DNA of 64,000 nucleotides, from contig CM082588.2 in assembly GCA_040954595.2 (NCBI GenBank), positions 10,276,844-10,340,843 on the forward strand, read 5' to 3'. Below the pieces are notes generated by a model. That model saw only the letters and a program-made list of their open reading frames with translations, did no database searches and was not told the DNA's origin. Position numbers and translations under genes: made by a program. Shown here piece after piece: positions 1 to 12,249 of the stretch. Origin of the DNA: Balanoglossus misakiensis (Eukaryota > Animalia > Hemichordata). Each line of letters starts with the position of its first letter. The stretch's first letter is position 1.

Positions 1-3000
1 ATGACAAATTATCGACTTTGCAAAATCTCAAAATTTCGTCCATTTTAAAAAAAAAACATGGGGGAAAATCATCAAAAAATGACAAATTTTCGACTTTGCA
101 AAATCTCAACATTTCATCGATTTTTGAAAAAAATCATGGGTGAAAATCATCAAAAAATGACAAATTTTCGTCTATGCAAAATCTCAAAATTTCGTCGGTT
201 TTTGAAAAATAATATGGTTGAAAATCATCAAAAAATGACAAAATTATCGACTTTGCAAAATCTCACAATTTCGTCGATTTTTGAAAAAAAATCATGGGTG
301 AAAATCATCAAAAAATTACAAATTTTCGACTTTGCAAAATCTCAACATTTCGTCGATTTTTGAAAAAAATCATGGGTGAAAATCATCAAAAAATGACAAA
401 TTTTCGACTTTGCAAAATCTCAAAATTTCGTCCATTTTAAAAAAAAAACATGGGGGAAAATCATCAAAAAATGAGAAAATTTTCGACTTTGCAAAATCTC
501 AAAATTTCGTCGATTTTGAAAAAAAACATTGGGGGAAAATCATCAAAAAATGACAAATTATCGACTTTGCAAAATCTCACAATTTCGTCGATTTTTGAAA
601 AAAATCATGGGTGAAAATCATCAAAAAATTACAAATTTTCGACTTTGCAAAATCTCAACATTTCGTCGATTTTTGAAAAAAATCATGGGTGAAAATCATC
701 AAAAAATTACAAATTTTCGACTTTGCAAAATCTCAACATTTCGTCGATTTTTGAAAAAAATCATGGGTGAAAATCATCAAAAAATGACAAATTTTCGACT
801 TTGCAAAATCTCAAAATTTCGTCAATTTTTGAAAAAATCATGGGTGAAAATCATCAAAAAATGACAAATTTTCGTCTATGCAAAATCTCAAAATTTCGTC
901 GGTTTTTGAAAAATAATATGGTTGAAAATCATCAAAAAATGACAAAATTATCGACTTTGCAAAATCTCAACATTTCGTCGATTTTTGAAAAAAATCATGG
1001 GTGAAAATCATCAAAAAATGACAAATTTTCGACTTTGCAAAATCTCAAAATTTCGTCGATTTTGAAAAAAATCATAGGTTCGTCGATTTAAAAAAAAAAA
1101 CATGGGTGAAAATCATCAAAAAATGACAAATTTTCGACTTTGCAAAATCTCACAATTTCGTCGATTTTTGAAAAAAATCATGGGAGAAAATCATCAAAAA
1201 ATGACAAATTTTCGACTTTGCAAAATCTCAACATTTCGTCGATTTTTGAAAAAAATCATGGGTGAAAATCATCAAAAAATGACAAATTTTCGACTTTGCA
1301 AAATCTCAACATTTCGTCGATTTTTGAAAAAAATCATGGGTGAAAATCATCAAAAAATGACAAATTTTCGACTTTGCAAAATCTCAAAATTTCGTCGATT
1401 TTGAAAAAAATCATAGGTTCGTCGTTTTTTTTAAAAAAAAACATGGGTGAAAATCATCAAAAAATGACAAATTTTTGACTTTGCAAAATCTCACAATTTC
1501 GTCGATTTTTGAAAAAAATCATGGGTGAAAATCATCAAAAAATGACAAATTTTCGACTTTGCAAAATCTCAAAATTTCGTCCATTTTAAAAAAAAAACAT
1601 GGGGGAAAATCATCAAAAAATGACAAATTTTCGACTTTGCAAAATCTCAAAATTTCGTCGATTTTGAAAAAAACCATTGGGGGAAAATCATCAAAAAATG
1701 ACAAATTTTCGACTTTGCAAAATCTCAAAATTTCGTCAATTTTTGAAAAAATCATGGGTGAAAATCATCAAAAAATTACAAATTTTCGTCTATGCAAAAT
1801 CTCAAAATTTCGTCGGTTTTTGAAAAATAATATGGTTGAAAATCATCAAAAAATGACAAAATTATCGACTTTGCAAAATCTCAACATTTCGTCGATTTTT
1901 GAAAAAAATCATGGGTGAAAATCATCAAAAAATGACAAATTTTCGACTTTGCAAAATCTCAAAATTTCGTCGATTTTGAAAAAAATCATAGGTTCGTCGA
2001 TTTAAAAAAAAAAAAACATGGGTGAAAATCATCAAAAAATGACAAATTTTCGACTTTGCAAAATCTCACAATTTCGTCGATTTTTGAAAAAAATCATGGG
2101 AGAAAATCATCAAAAAATGACAAATTTTCGACTTTGCAAAATCTCAACATTTCGTCGATTTTTGAAAAAAATCATGGGTGAAAATCATCAAAAAATGACA
2201 AATTTTCGACTTTGCAAAATCTCAACATTTCGTCGATTTTTGAAAAAAATCATGGGTGAAAATCATCAAAAAATGACAAATTTTCGACTTTGCAAAATCT
2301 CAAAATTTCGTCGATTTTGAAAAAAATCATAGGTTCGTCGTTTTTTTAAAAAAAAAACATGGGTGAAAATCATCAAAAAATGACAAATTTTTGACTTTGC
2401 AAAATCTCACAATTTCGTCGATTTTTGAAAAAAATCATGGGTGAAAATCATCAAAAAATGACAAATTTTCGACTTTGCAAAATCTCAAAATTTCGTCCAT
2501 TTTAAAAAAAAAACATGGGGGAAAATCATCAAAAAATGACAAATTTTCGACTTTGCAAAATCTCAAAATTTCGTCGATTTTGAAAAAAACCATTGGGGGA
2601 AAATCATCAAAAAATGACAAATTTTCGACTTTGCAAAATCTCAAAATTTCGTCGATTTTGAAAAAAAACCATTGGGGGAAAATCATCAAAAAATGACAAA
2701 TTTTCGACTTTGCAAAATCTCAAAATTTCGTCGATTTTGAAAAAAAACCATTGGGGGAAAATCATCAAAAAATTACAAATTTTCGACTTTGCAAAATCTC
2801 AACATTTCGTCGATTTTGAAAAAAAACCATTGGGGGAAAATCATCAAAAAATTACAAATTTTCGACTTTGCAAAATCTCAAAATTTCGTCGATTTTGAAA
2901 AAAATCATAGGTTCGTCGATTTTAAAAAAAAACATGGGTGAAAATCATCAAAAAATGACAAATTTTCGACTTTGCAAAATCTCACAATTTTGTCGATTTT

Positions 3001-5082
3001 TGAAAAAAATCATGGGAGAAAATCATCAAAAAATGACAAATTTTCGACTTTGCAAAATCTCAAAATTTCGTCGATTTTGAAAAAAATCATAGGTTCGTCG
3101 ATTTAAAAAAAAAAAACATGGGTGAAAATCATCAAAAAATGACAAATTTTCGACTTTGCAAAATCTCACAATTTCGTCGATTTTTGAAAAAAATCATGGG
3201 AGAAAATCATCAAAAAATGACAAATTTTCGACTTTGCAAAATCTCAACATTTCGTCGATTTTTGAAAAAAATCATGGGTGAAAATCATCAAAAAATGACA
3301 AATTTTCGACTTTGCAAAATCTCAACATTTCGTCGATTTTTGAAAAAAATCATGGGTGAAAATCATCAAAAAATGACAAATTTTCGACTTTGCAAAATCT
3401 CAAAATTTCGTGGATTTTGAAAAAAATCATAGGTTCGTCGTTTTTTTTAAAAAAAAAACATGGGTGAAAATCATCAAAAAATGACAAATTTTTGACTTTG
3501 CAAAATCTCAACATTTCGTCGATTTTTGAAAAAAATCATGGGAGAAAATCATCAAAAAATGACAAATTTTCGACTTTGCAAAATCTCAAAATTTCGTCGA
3601 TTTTGAAAAAAATCATAGGTTCGTCGATTTAAAAAAAAAAAACATGGGTGAAAATCATCAAAAAATGACAAATTTTCGACTTTGCAAAATCTCACAATTT
3701 CGTCGATTTTTGAAAAAAATCATGGGAGAAAATCATCAAAAAATGACAAATTTTCGACTTTGCAAAATCTCAACATTTCGTCGATTTTTGAAAAAAATCA
3801 TGGGTGAAAATCATCAAAAAATGACAAATTTTCGACTTTGCAAAATCTCAACATTTCGTCGATTTTTGAAAAAAATCATGGGTGAAAATCATCAAAAAAT
3901 GACAAATTTTCGACTTTGCAAAATCTCAAAATTTCGTGGATTTTGAAAAAAATCATAGGTTCGTCGTTTTTTTTAAAAAAAAAACATGGGTGAAAATCAT
4001 CAAAAAATGACAAATTTTTGACTTTGCAAAATCTCACAATTTCGTCGATTTTTGAAAAAAATCATGGGTGAAAATCATCAAAAAATGACAAATTTTCGAC
4101 TTTGCAAAATCTCAAAATTTCGTCCATTTTAAAAAAAAAACATGGGGGAAAATCATCAAAAAATGACAAATTTTCGACTTTGCAAAATCTCAAAATTTCG
4201 TCGATTTTGAAAAAAACCATTGGGGGAAAATCATCAAAAAATGACAAATTTTCGACTTTGCAAAATCTCAAAATTTCGTCGATTTTGAAAAAAAACCATT
4301 GGGGGAAAATCATCAAAAAATTACAAATTTTCGACTTTGCAAAATCTCAACATTTCGTCGATTTTTGAAAAAAATCATGGGTGAAAATCATCAAAAAATG
4401 ACAAATTTTCGACTTTGCAAAATCTCAAAATTTCGTCGATTTTGAAAAAAATCATAGGTTCGTCGATTTTAAAAAAAAAAACATGGGTGAAAATCATCAA
4501 AAAATGACAAATTTTCGACTTTGCAAAATCTCACAATTTTGTCGATTTTTGAAAAAAATCATGGGAGAAAATCATCAAAAAATGACAAATTTTCGACTTT
4601 GCAAAATCTCAACATTTCGTCGATTTTTGAAAAAAATCATGGGTGAAAATCATCAAAAAATGACAAATTTTCGACTGTGCAAAATCTCAAAATTTCGTCG
4701 ATTTTTGAAAAAAAATCATGGTTGAAAATCATCAAAAAATGACAAAATTTTCGACTTTGCAAAATCACACAATTTCGTCGATTTTGAAAAAAATCATAGG
4801 TTCGTCGATTTTTAAAAAAAAAACATGGGTGAAAATCATCAAAAAATGACAAATTTTCGACTTTGCAAAATCTTAAAATTTCGTCGATTTTTGAAAAAAA
4901 ATCATGGGTGAAAATCATCAAAAAATGACACATTTTCGACTTTGCAAAATCTAAAAATTTCGTCGATTTTTGAAAAAAAATCATGGGTAAAAATCATCAA
5001 AAAATGACAAATTTTCGACTTTGCAAAATCTCAAAATTTCGTCGATTTTGAAAAAAAACATTGGGGGAAAATCATCAAAAAA
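1..5082. repeat. ~78-bp AT-rich tandem satellite array (continues beyond window start)
   Basis: Repeated monomer catgggtgaaaatcatcaaaaaatgacaaattttcgactttgcaaaatctcaaaatttcgtcgatttttgaaaaaaat. The 26-aa periodicity of the spurious ORFs corresponds to 78 bp. Confidence 0.98.
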
Positions 5083-6578
5083 TAGCGTCAAGGACACTGT
5101 GGTCCCATTTGAGGACATAGCTCATAGCAACATAGCAATAAGCATATCTACTCTGGATGCCAAGATATGGAAAAGTAGGTCAAAGGTCACCTGAGGTCAT
5201 GCAAAATTTGGGCAAGACATTTTGACCCTATACTGGTCCATGTTCAACAAAACAAAACCTATAGCCCTATTGGTTAGCCTGGAATTAGGTATGCACATAA
5301 TTAATGAGATATGCAGGTGTCACAGGTGACCTTCAATTTTGGCTTTTCAATTTTAGTCCCAACCCTCCAAACGCGAAGTCTGTACCTGCTCTGGATGCCA
5401 AGATATGGAAAAGTAGGTCAAAGGTCACCTGAGATCATGCAAAATTTGGGCAAGAAATTTTGACCCTATACTGGTCCATGTTCAACAAAAAGCAAACCTA
5501 TAGCCCTATTGGTTAGCCTGGAATTAGGTATGCACAAAATTAATGAGATATGCAGGTGTCACAGGTGACCCCCAATTTTGGCTTTTCAATTTTAGTCCCA
5601 ACCCTCCAAACGCCAAGTCTGTACCTGCTCTGGATGCCAAGATATGGAAAAGTAGGTCAAAGGTCACCTGAGGTCATGCAAAATTTGGGTAAGAAATTTT
5701 GACCCTATACTGGTCCATGCTCAACAAAAACCAAAAGTATAGCCCTATTGGTTAGCCTGGAATTAGGTATGCACATAATTAATGAGATATGCAGGTGTCA
5801 CAGGTGACCCATATTTTGGCTTTTCAATTTTAGTCCCAACCCTCCAAACGCCAAGTCTGTACCTGCTCTGGATGCCGAGATATAGCAAAGTAGGTCAAAG
5901 GTCACCTGAGGTCACCCAAAATTTGGGCAAGAAATTTTGACCCTATACTGGTCCATGTCCCACAAGAACGAAACCTCTAGCCCTATTAGTTAGCCCGGAA
6001 TTAGGTATGCACATAATTAATGTGTTAAGCAGGTGTTACAGGTAGGCCCAAAAATTTGCCTTTTATTTTGGCCCCATTGTGCTCACGGACCAATAGACAG
6101 TCACTGTACAGGACTATTGCACAGACCAGAATTCCACAATAAGACGTGGACATAGCTTAACCATAGAGGTATAAGTAAAGTTATAAATTTAATAAAAAGA
6201 CTAAAAAATTCATAAAAAATAAAACATCCATGATATTAACTTAACACTTACAGGTCGATGTGAGGTTGACATAAGGTACATGCATACCAATTTTCAAAGC
6301 AATCTGACCAGTAGTTGTTGACTTTCAGAGTTTTGATAAATTTCACATTTTACTGGCTAATTTGCATATTTTTGGGCCTGGCAACTTCGTTTGGACAAAC
6401 TCCCATCTACAGCCCAGCCTGCACCTACACACCAAATATTGAGGTGTTACGCACAGCGGTTTTCAAGTTTTTGATGTGGACGGACATACAGACATACATA
6501 CATCCATACATACATCCATACAGACGCAACCCATCCCATAAGGTCCCATGGTATATAGGCCTATACCAATGGGACCTA
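5083..6578 (-). mobile_element. Non-autonomous Helentron-associated element (HINE/DINE-1-like), copy 1
   Basis: Read on the minus strand: 5' subTIR aggtcccattgg inside an inverted repeat (ggtcccattggtata..tataccatgggacc), a GTAT/GGAT microsatellite, a core, ~239-bp tandem repeats, 3' subTIR aatgggacc and a short hairpin agtgtc-ctt-gacgct. It is inserted in a T-run. The termini match those of the RepHel-encoding element at 32423-49165. Confidence 0.9.
5150..6050. repeat. ~239-bp internal tandem repeat (about 3.8 units) within HINE copy 1
   Basis: agtcccaaccctccaaacg recurs at ~5355, ~5594 and ~5832. gtaggtcaaaggtcacctgag occurs four times. Confidence 0.95.
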
Positions 6579-7653
6579 AAAATGACAAATTATCGACTTT
6601 GCAAAATCTCACAATTTCGTCGATTTTTGAAAAAAATCATGGGTGAAAATCATCAAAAAATGACAAATTTTCGACTTTGCAAAATCTCAACATTTCGTCG
6701 ATTTTTGAAAAAAATCATGGGTGAAAATCATCAAAAAATGACAAATTTTCGACTTTGCAAAATCTCAAAATTTCGTCAATTTTGAAAAAAATCATAGGTT
6801 CGTCGATTTTAAAAAAAAAAACATGGGTGAAAATCATCAAAAAATGACAAATTTTCGACTTTGCAAAATCTCACAATTTCGTCGATTTTTGAAAAAAATC
6901 ATGGGAGAAAATCATCAAAAAATGACAAATTTTCGACTTTGCAAAATCTCAACATTTCGTCGATTTTTGAAAAAAATCATGGGTGAAAATCATCAAAAAA
7001 TGACAAATTTTCGACTGTGCAAAATCTCAAAATTTCGTCGATTTTTGAAAAAAAATCATGGTTGAAAATCATCAAAAAATGACAAAATTTTCGACTTTGC
7101 AAAATCACACAATTTCGTCGATTTTGAAAAAAATCATAGGTTCGTCGATTTTTTAAAAAAAACATGGGTGAAAATCATCAAAAAATGACAAATTTTCGAC
7201 TTTGCAAAATCTTAAAATTTCGTCGATTTTTTAAAAAAAATCATGGGTGAAAATCATCAAAAAATGACACATTTTCGACTTTGCAAAATCTTAAAATTTC
7301 GTCGATTTTTGAGAAAAATCATGGGTGAAAATCATCAAAAAATGACAAATTTTCGACTTTGCAAAATCTCAAAATTTCGTCGATTTTTGAAAAAAATCAT
7401 GGGTGAAAATCATCAAAAAATGACAAATTTTCGACTTTGCAAAATCTCAAAATTTTGTCGATTTTTGAAAAAAATCATAGGTGAAAATCATCAAAAAATG
7501 ACAAATTTTCGACTTCGCAAAATCTCAAAATTTCGTCAATTTTTGAAAAAATCAGGGGTAAAAATCATCAAAAAATGACAAATTTTCGTCTTTGCTAAAT
7601 CTCAAAATTTCGTCGGTTTTTGAAAAATAATATGGGTGAAAATCATCAAAAAA
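6579..7653. repeat. ~78-bp satellite block
   Basis: Same monomer. The variant order is near-identical to 9150-10220. Confidence 0.97.
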
Positions 7654-9149
7654 TAGCGTCAAGGACACTGTGGTCCCATTTGAGGACATAGCTCATAGCA
7701 ACATAGCAATAAGCATATCTACTCTGGATGCCAAGATATGGAAAAGTAGGTCAAAGGTCACCTGAGGTCATGCAAAATTTGGGCAAGACATTTTGACCCT
7801 ATACTGGTCCATGTTCAACAAAACAAAAGCTATAGCCCTATTGGTTAGCCTGGAATTAGGTATGCACATAATTAATGAGATATGCAGGTGTCACAGGTGA
7901 CCTTCAATTTTGGCTTTTCAATTTTAGTCCCAACCCTCCAAACGCGAAGTCTGTACCTGCTCTGGATGCCAAGATATGGAAAAGTAGGTCAAAGGTCACC
8001 TGAGATCATGCAAAATTTGGGCAAGAAATTTTGACCCTATACTGGTCCATGTTCAACAAAAAGCAAACCTATAGCCCTATTGGTTAGCCTGGAATTAGGT
8101 ATGCACAAAATTAATGAGATATGCAGGTGTCACAGGTGACCCCCAATTTTGGCTTTTCAATTTTAGTCCCAACCCTCCAAACGCCAAGTCTGTACCTGCT
8201 CTGGATGCCAAGATATGGAAAAGTAGGTCAAAGGTCACCTGAGGTCATGCAAAATTTGGGTAAGAAATTTTGACCCTATACTGGTCCATGCTCAACAAAA
8301 ACCAAAAGTATAGCCCTATTGGTTAGCCTGGAATTAGGTATGCACATAATTAATGAGATATGCAGGTGTCACAGGTGACCCATATTTTGGCTTTTCAATT
8401 TTAGTCCCAACCCTCCAAACGCCAAGTCTGTACCTGCTCTGGATGCCGAGATATAGCAAAGTAGGTCAAAGGTCACCTGAGGTCACCCAAAATTTGGGCA
8501 AGAAATTTTGACCCTATACTGGTCCATGTCCCACAAGAACGAAACCTCTAGCCCTATTAGTTAGCCCGGAATTAGGTATGCACATAATTAATGTGTTAAG
8601 CAGGTGTTACAGGTAAGCCCAAAAATTTGCCTTTTATTTTGGCCCCATTGTGCTCACGGACCAATAGACAGTCACTGTACAGGACTATTGCACAGACCAG
8701 AATTCCACAATAAGACGTGGACAAAGCTTAACCATAGAGGTATAAGTAAAGTTATAAATTTAATAAAAAGACTAAAAAATTCATAAAAAATAAAACATCC
8801 ATGATATTAACTTAACACTTACAGGTCGATGTGAGGTTGACATAAGGTACATGCATACCAATTTTCAAAGCAATCTGACCAGTAGTTGTTGACTTTCAGA
8901 GTTTTGATAAATTTCACATTTTACTGGCTAATTTGCATATTTTTGGGCCTGGCAACTTCGTTTGGACAAACTCCCATCTACAGCCCAGCCTGCACCTACA
9001 CACCAAATATTGAGGTGTTACGCGCAGCGGTTTTCAAGTTTTTGATGTGGACGGACATACAGACATACATACATCCATACATACATCCATACAGACGCAA
9101 CCCATCCCATAAGGTCCCATGGTATATAGGCCTATACCAATGGGACCTA
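7654..9149 (-). mobile_element. Non-autonomous Helentron-associated element (HINE), copy 2
   Basis: Near-identical to 5083-6578 at offset 2571, with only a few substitutions. Same termini and internal 239-bp repeats. Confidence 0.9.
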
Positions 9150-12068
9150 AAAATGACAAATTATCGACTTTGCAAAATCTCACAATTTCGTCGATTTTTG
9201 AAAAAAATCATGGGTGAAAATCATCAAAAAATGACAAATTTTCGACTTTGCAAAATCTCAACATTTCGTCGATTTTTGAAAAAAATCATGGGTGAAAATC
9301 ATCAAAAAATGACAAATTTTCGACTTTGCAAAATCTCAAAATTTCGTCGATTTTGAAAAAAATCATAGGTTCGTCGATTTAAAAAAAAAACGGGTGAAAA
9401 TCATCAAAAAATGACAAATTTTCGACTTTGCAAAATCTCACAATTTCGTCGATTTTTGAAAAAAATCATGGGAGAAAATCATCAAAAAATGACAAATTTT
9501 CGACTTTGCAAAATCTCAACATTTCGTCGATTTTTGAAAAAAATCATGGGTGAAAATCATCAAAAAATGACAAATTTTCGACTGTGCAAAATCTCAAAAT
9601 TTCGTCGATTTTTGAAAAAAAATCATGGTTGAAAATCATCAAAAAATGACAAAATTTTCGACTTTGCAAAATCACACAATTTCGTCGATTTTGAAAAAAA
9701 TCATAGGTTCGTCGATTTTAAAAAAAAAACATGGGTGAAAATCATCAAAAAATGACAAATTTTCGACTTTGCAAAATCTTAAAATTTCGTCGATTTTTTA
9801 AAAAAAATCATGGGTGAAAATCATCAAAAAATGACACATTTTCGACTTTGCAAAATCTTAAAATTTCGTCGATTTTTGAGAAAAATCATGGGTGAAAATC
9901 ATCAAAAAATGACAAATTTTCGACTTTGCAAAATCTCAAAATTTCGTCGATTTTTGAAAAAAATCATGGGTGAAAATCATCAAAAAATGACAAATTTTCG
10001 ACTTTGCAAAATCTCAAAATTTTGTCGATTTTTGAAAAAAATCATAAGTGAAAATCATCAAAAAATGACAAATTTTCGACTTCGCAAAATCTCAAAATTT
10101 CGTCAATTTTTGAAAAAATCAGGGGTAAAAATCATCAAAAAATGACAAATTTTCGTCTTTGCTAAATCTCAAAATTTCGTCGGTTTTTGAAAAATAATAT
10201 GGGTGAAAATCATCAAAAAATGACAAATTTTCGACTTTGCAAAATCTCAAAATTTCGTCCATTTTTGAAAAAAAATCATGGGTAAAAATCATCAAAAAAT
10301 GACAAATTTTCGTCTTTGCAAAATCTCAAAATTTCGTCCATTTAAAAAAAAACATGGGGGAAAATCATCAAAAAATGACAAATTTTCGTCTTTGCAAAAT
10401 CTCAAAATTTCGTCCATTTAAAAAAAAAAACATGGGTGAAAATCATCAAAAAATGACAAATTTTCGACTTTGCAAAATCTCAAAATTTCGTCGATTTTTG
10501 AAAAAAAATCATGGGTGAAAATCATCAAAAAATGACAAATTTTCGTCTTTGCAAAATCTCAAAATTTCGTCCATTTTAGAAAAAAAACATGGGGCAAAAT
10601 CATCAAAAAATGACAAATTTTCGACTTTGCAAAATCTCAAAATTTCGTCGATTTTTGAAAAAAAATCATGGGTGAAAATCATCAAAAAAAGACAAATTTT
10701 CGTCTTTGCAAAATCTCAAAATTTCGTCCATTTTTGAATAAAAATCATGGGTAAAAATCATCAAAAATGACAAATTTTCGTCTTTGCAAAATCTCAAATT
10801 TTCGTCGATTTTTGAAAAAAAATCATGGTTGAAAATCATCAAAAAATGACAAAATTTTCGACTTTGTAAAATCACAAAATTTCGTCGATTTTGAAAAAAA
10901 TCATAGGTTCGTCGATTTTTTAAAAAAAAAACATGGGTGAAAATCATCAAAAAATGACAAATTTTCGACTTTGCAAAATCTCAAAATTTCGTCGATTTTT
11001 GAAAAAAAATCATGGGTGAAAATCATCAAAAAATGACACATTTTCGATTATGCAAAATCTCAAAATTTCGTCGATTTTTGAAAAAAAATCATGGGTAAAA
11101 ATCATCAAAAAATGACAAATTTACGTCTTTGCAAAATCTAAAAATTTCGTCGATTTTTGAAAAATAATATGAGTGAAAATCATCAAAAAATGGCAAATTT
11201 TCGACTTTGCAAAATCTCAAAATTTCGTCCATTTAAAAAAAAAAAACGGGGGAAAATCATCAAAAAATGACAAATTTTCGACTTTGCAAAATCTCAAAAT
11301 TTCGTCGATTTTTGAAAAAAAATCATGGGTGAAAATCATCAAAAAATGACAAATTTTCGTCTTTGCAAAATCTCAAAATTTCGTCCATTTTAAAAAAAAA
11401 ACATGGGGCAAAATCATCAAAAAATGACAAATTTTCGACTTTGCAAAATCTCAAAATTTCGTCGATTTTTGAAAAAAAATCATGGGTGAAAATCATCAAA
11501 AAATGACAAATTTTCGTCTTTGCAAAATCTCAAAATTTCGTCCATTTTTGAATAAAAATCATGGGTAAAAATAATCAAAAATGACAAATTTTCGTCTTTG
11601 CAAAATCTCAAATTTTCGTCGATTTTTGAAAAAAAATCATGGGAGAAAATCATCAAAAAATGACAAATTTTCGACTTTGCAAAATCTCAACATTTCGTCG
11701 ATTTTTGAAAAAAATCATGGGTGAAAATCATCAAAAAATGACAAATTTTCGACTTTGCAAAATCTCAACATTTCGTCGATTTTTGAAAAAAATCATGGGT
11801 GAAAATCATCAAAAAATGACAAATTTTCGACTTTGCAAAGTCTCAACATTTCGTCGATTTTTGAAAAAATCATGGGTGAAAATCATCAAAAAATGACAAA
11901 ATTTTCGACTTTGCAAAATCTCAAAATTTCGTCGATTTTGAAAAAAATCATAGGTTCGTCGATTTTTTAAAAAAAAACATGGGTGAAAATCATCAAAAAA
12001 TGACAAATTTTTGACTTTGCAAAATCTCACAATTTCGTCGATTTTCGTCCATTTAAAAAAAAATCATG
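9150..12068. repeat. ~78-bp satellite array
   Basis: Same monomer. Ends at aaatcatg immediately before the YR retrotransposon. Confidence 0.97.
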
Positions 12069-12232
12069 TAGGTAACATTGCGATCAACGGCATAATGTTA
12101 CCCAATTAAGCAACTCGAAAAGGGGCGCCCTCAACCTCAAACGAGCCTCAGAAATCCCATAATCCATCACTCACGGCCACTTCAAGGGTTCGGAGCGTGT
12201 CCTGCAGTGCTCGCTCTCTCTGCCTCAATTTC
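12069..12232 (+). repeat. Split direct repeat A1 (copies also start at 16985, 22643 and 28302)
   Basis: taggtaacattgcgatcaacgg...tctctctgcctcaatttc is seen four times. Confidence 0.93.
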
Positions 12233-12249
12233 AATTTCTCACCGTTATT

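Noticed and set aside
6315-6785. 156-aa ORF (also at 8886, 48905 and 60538) spanning the HINE core
   Set aside because: It has a non-ATG start and runs through a microsatellite and the terminal hairpin into satellite. Its recurrence is explained by the repeat itself.
1-12068. CRISPR-like regular repeats next to a reverse transcriptase and recombinase
   Set aside because: There are no unique spacers (whole monomers repeat) and no cas genes. The context is eukaryotic, with spliceosomal introns and known TE classes.
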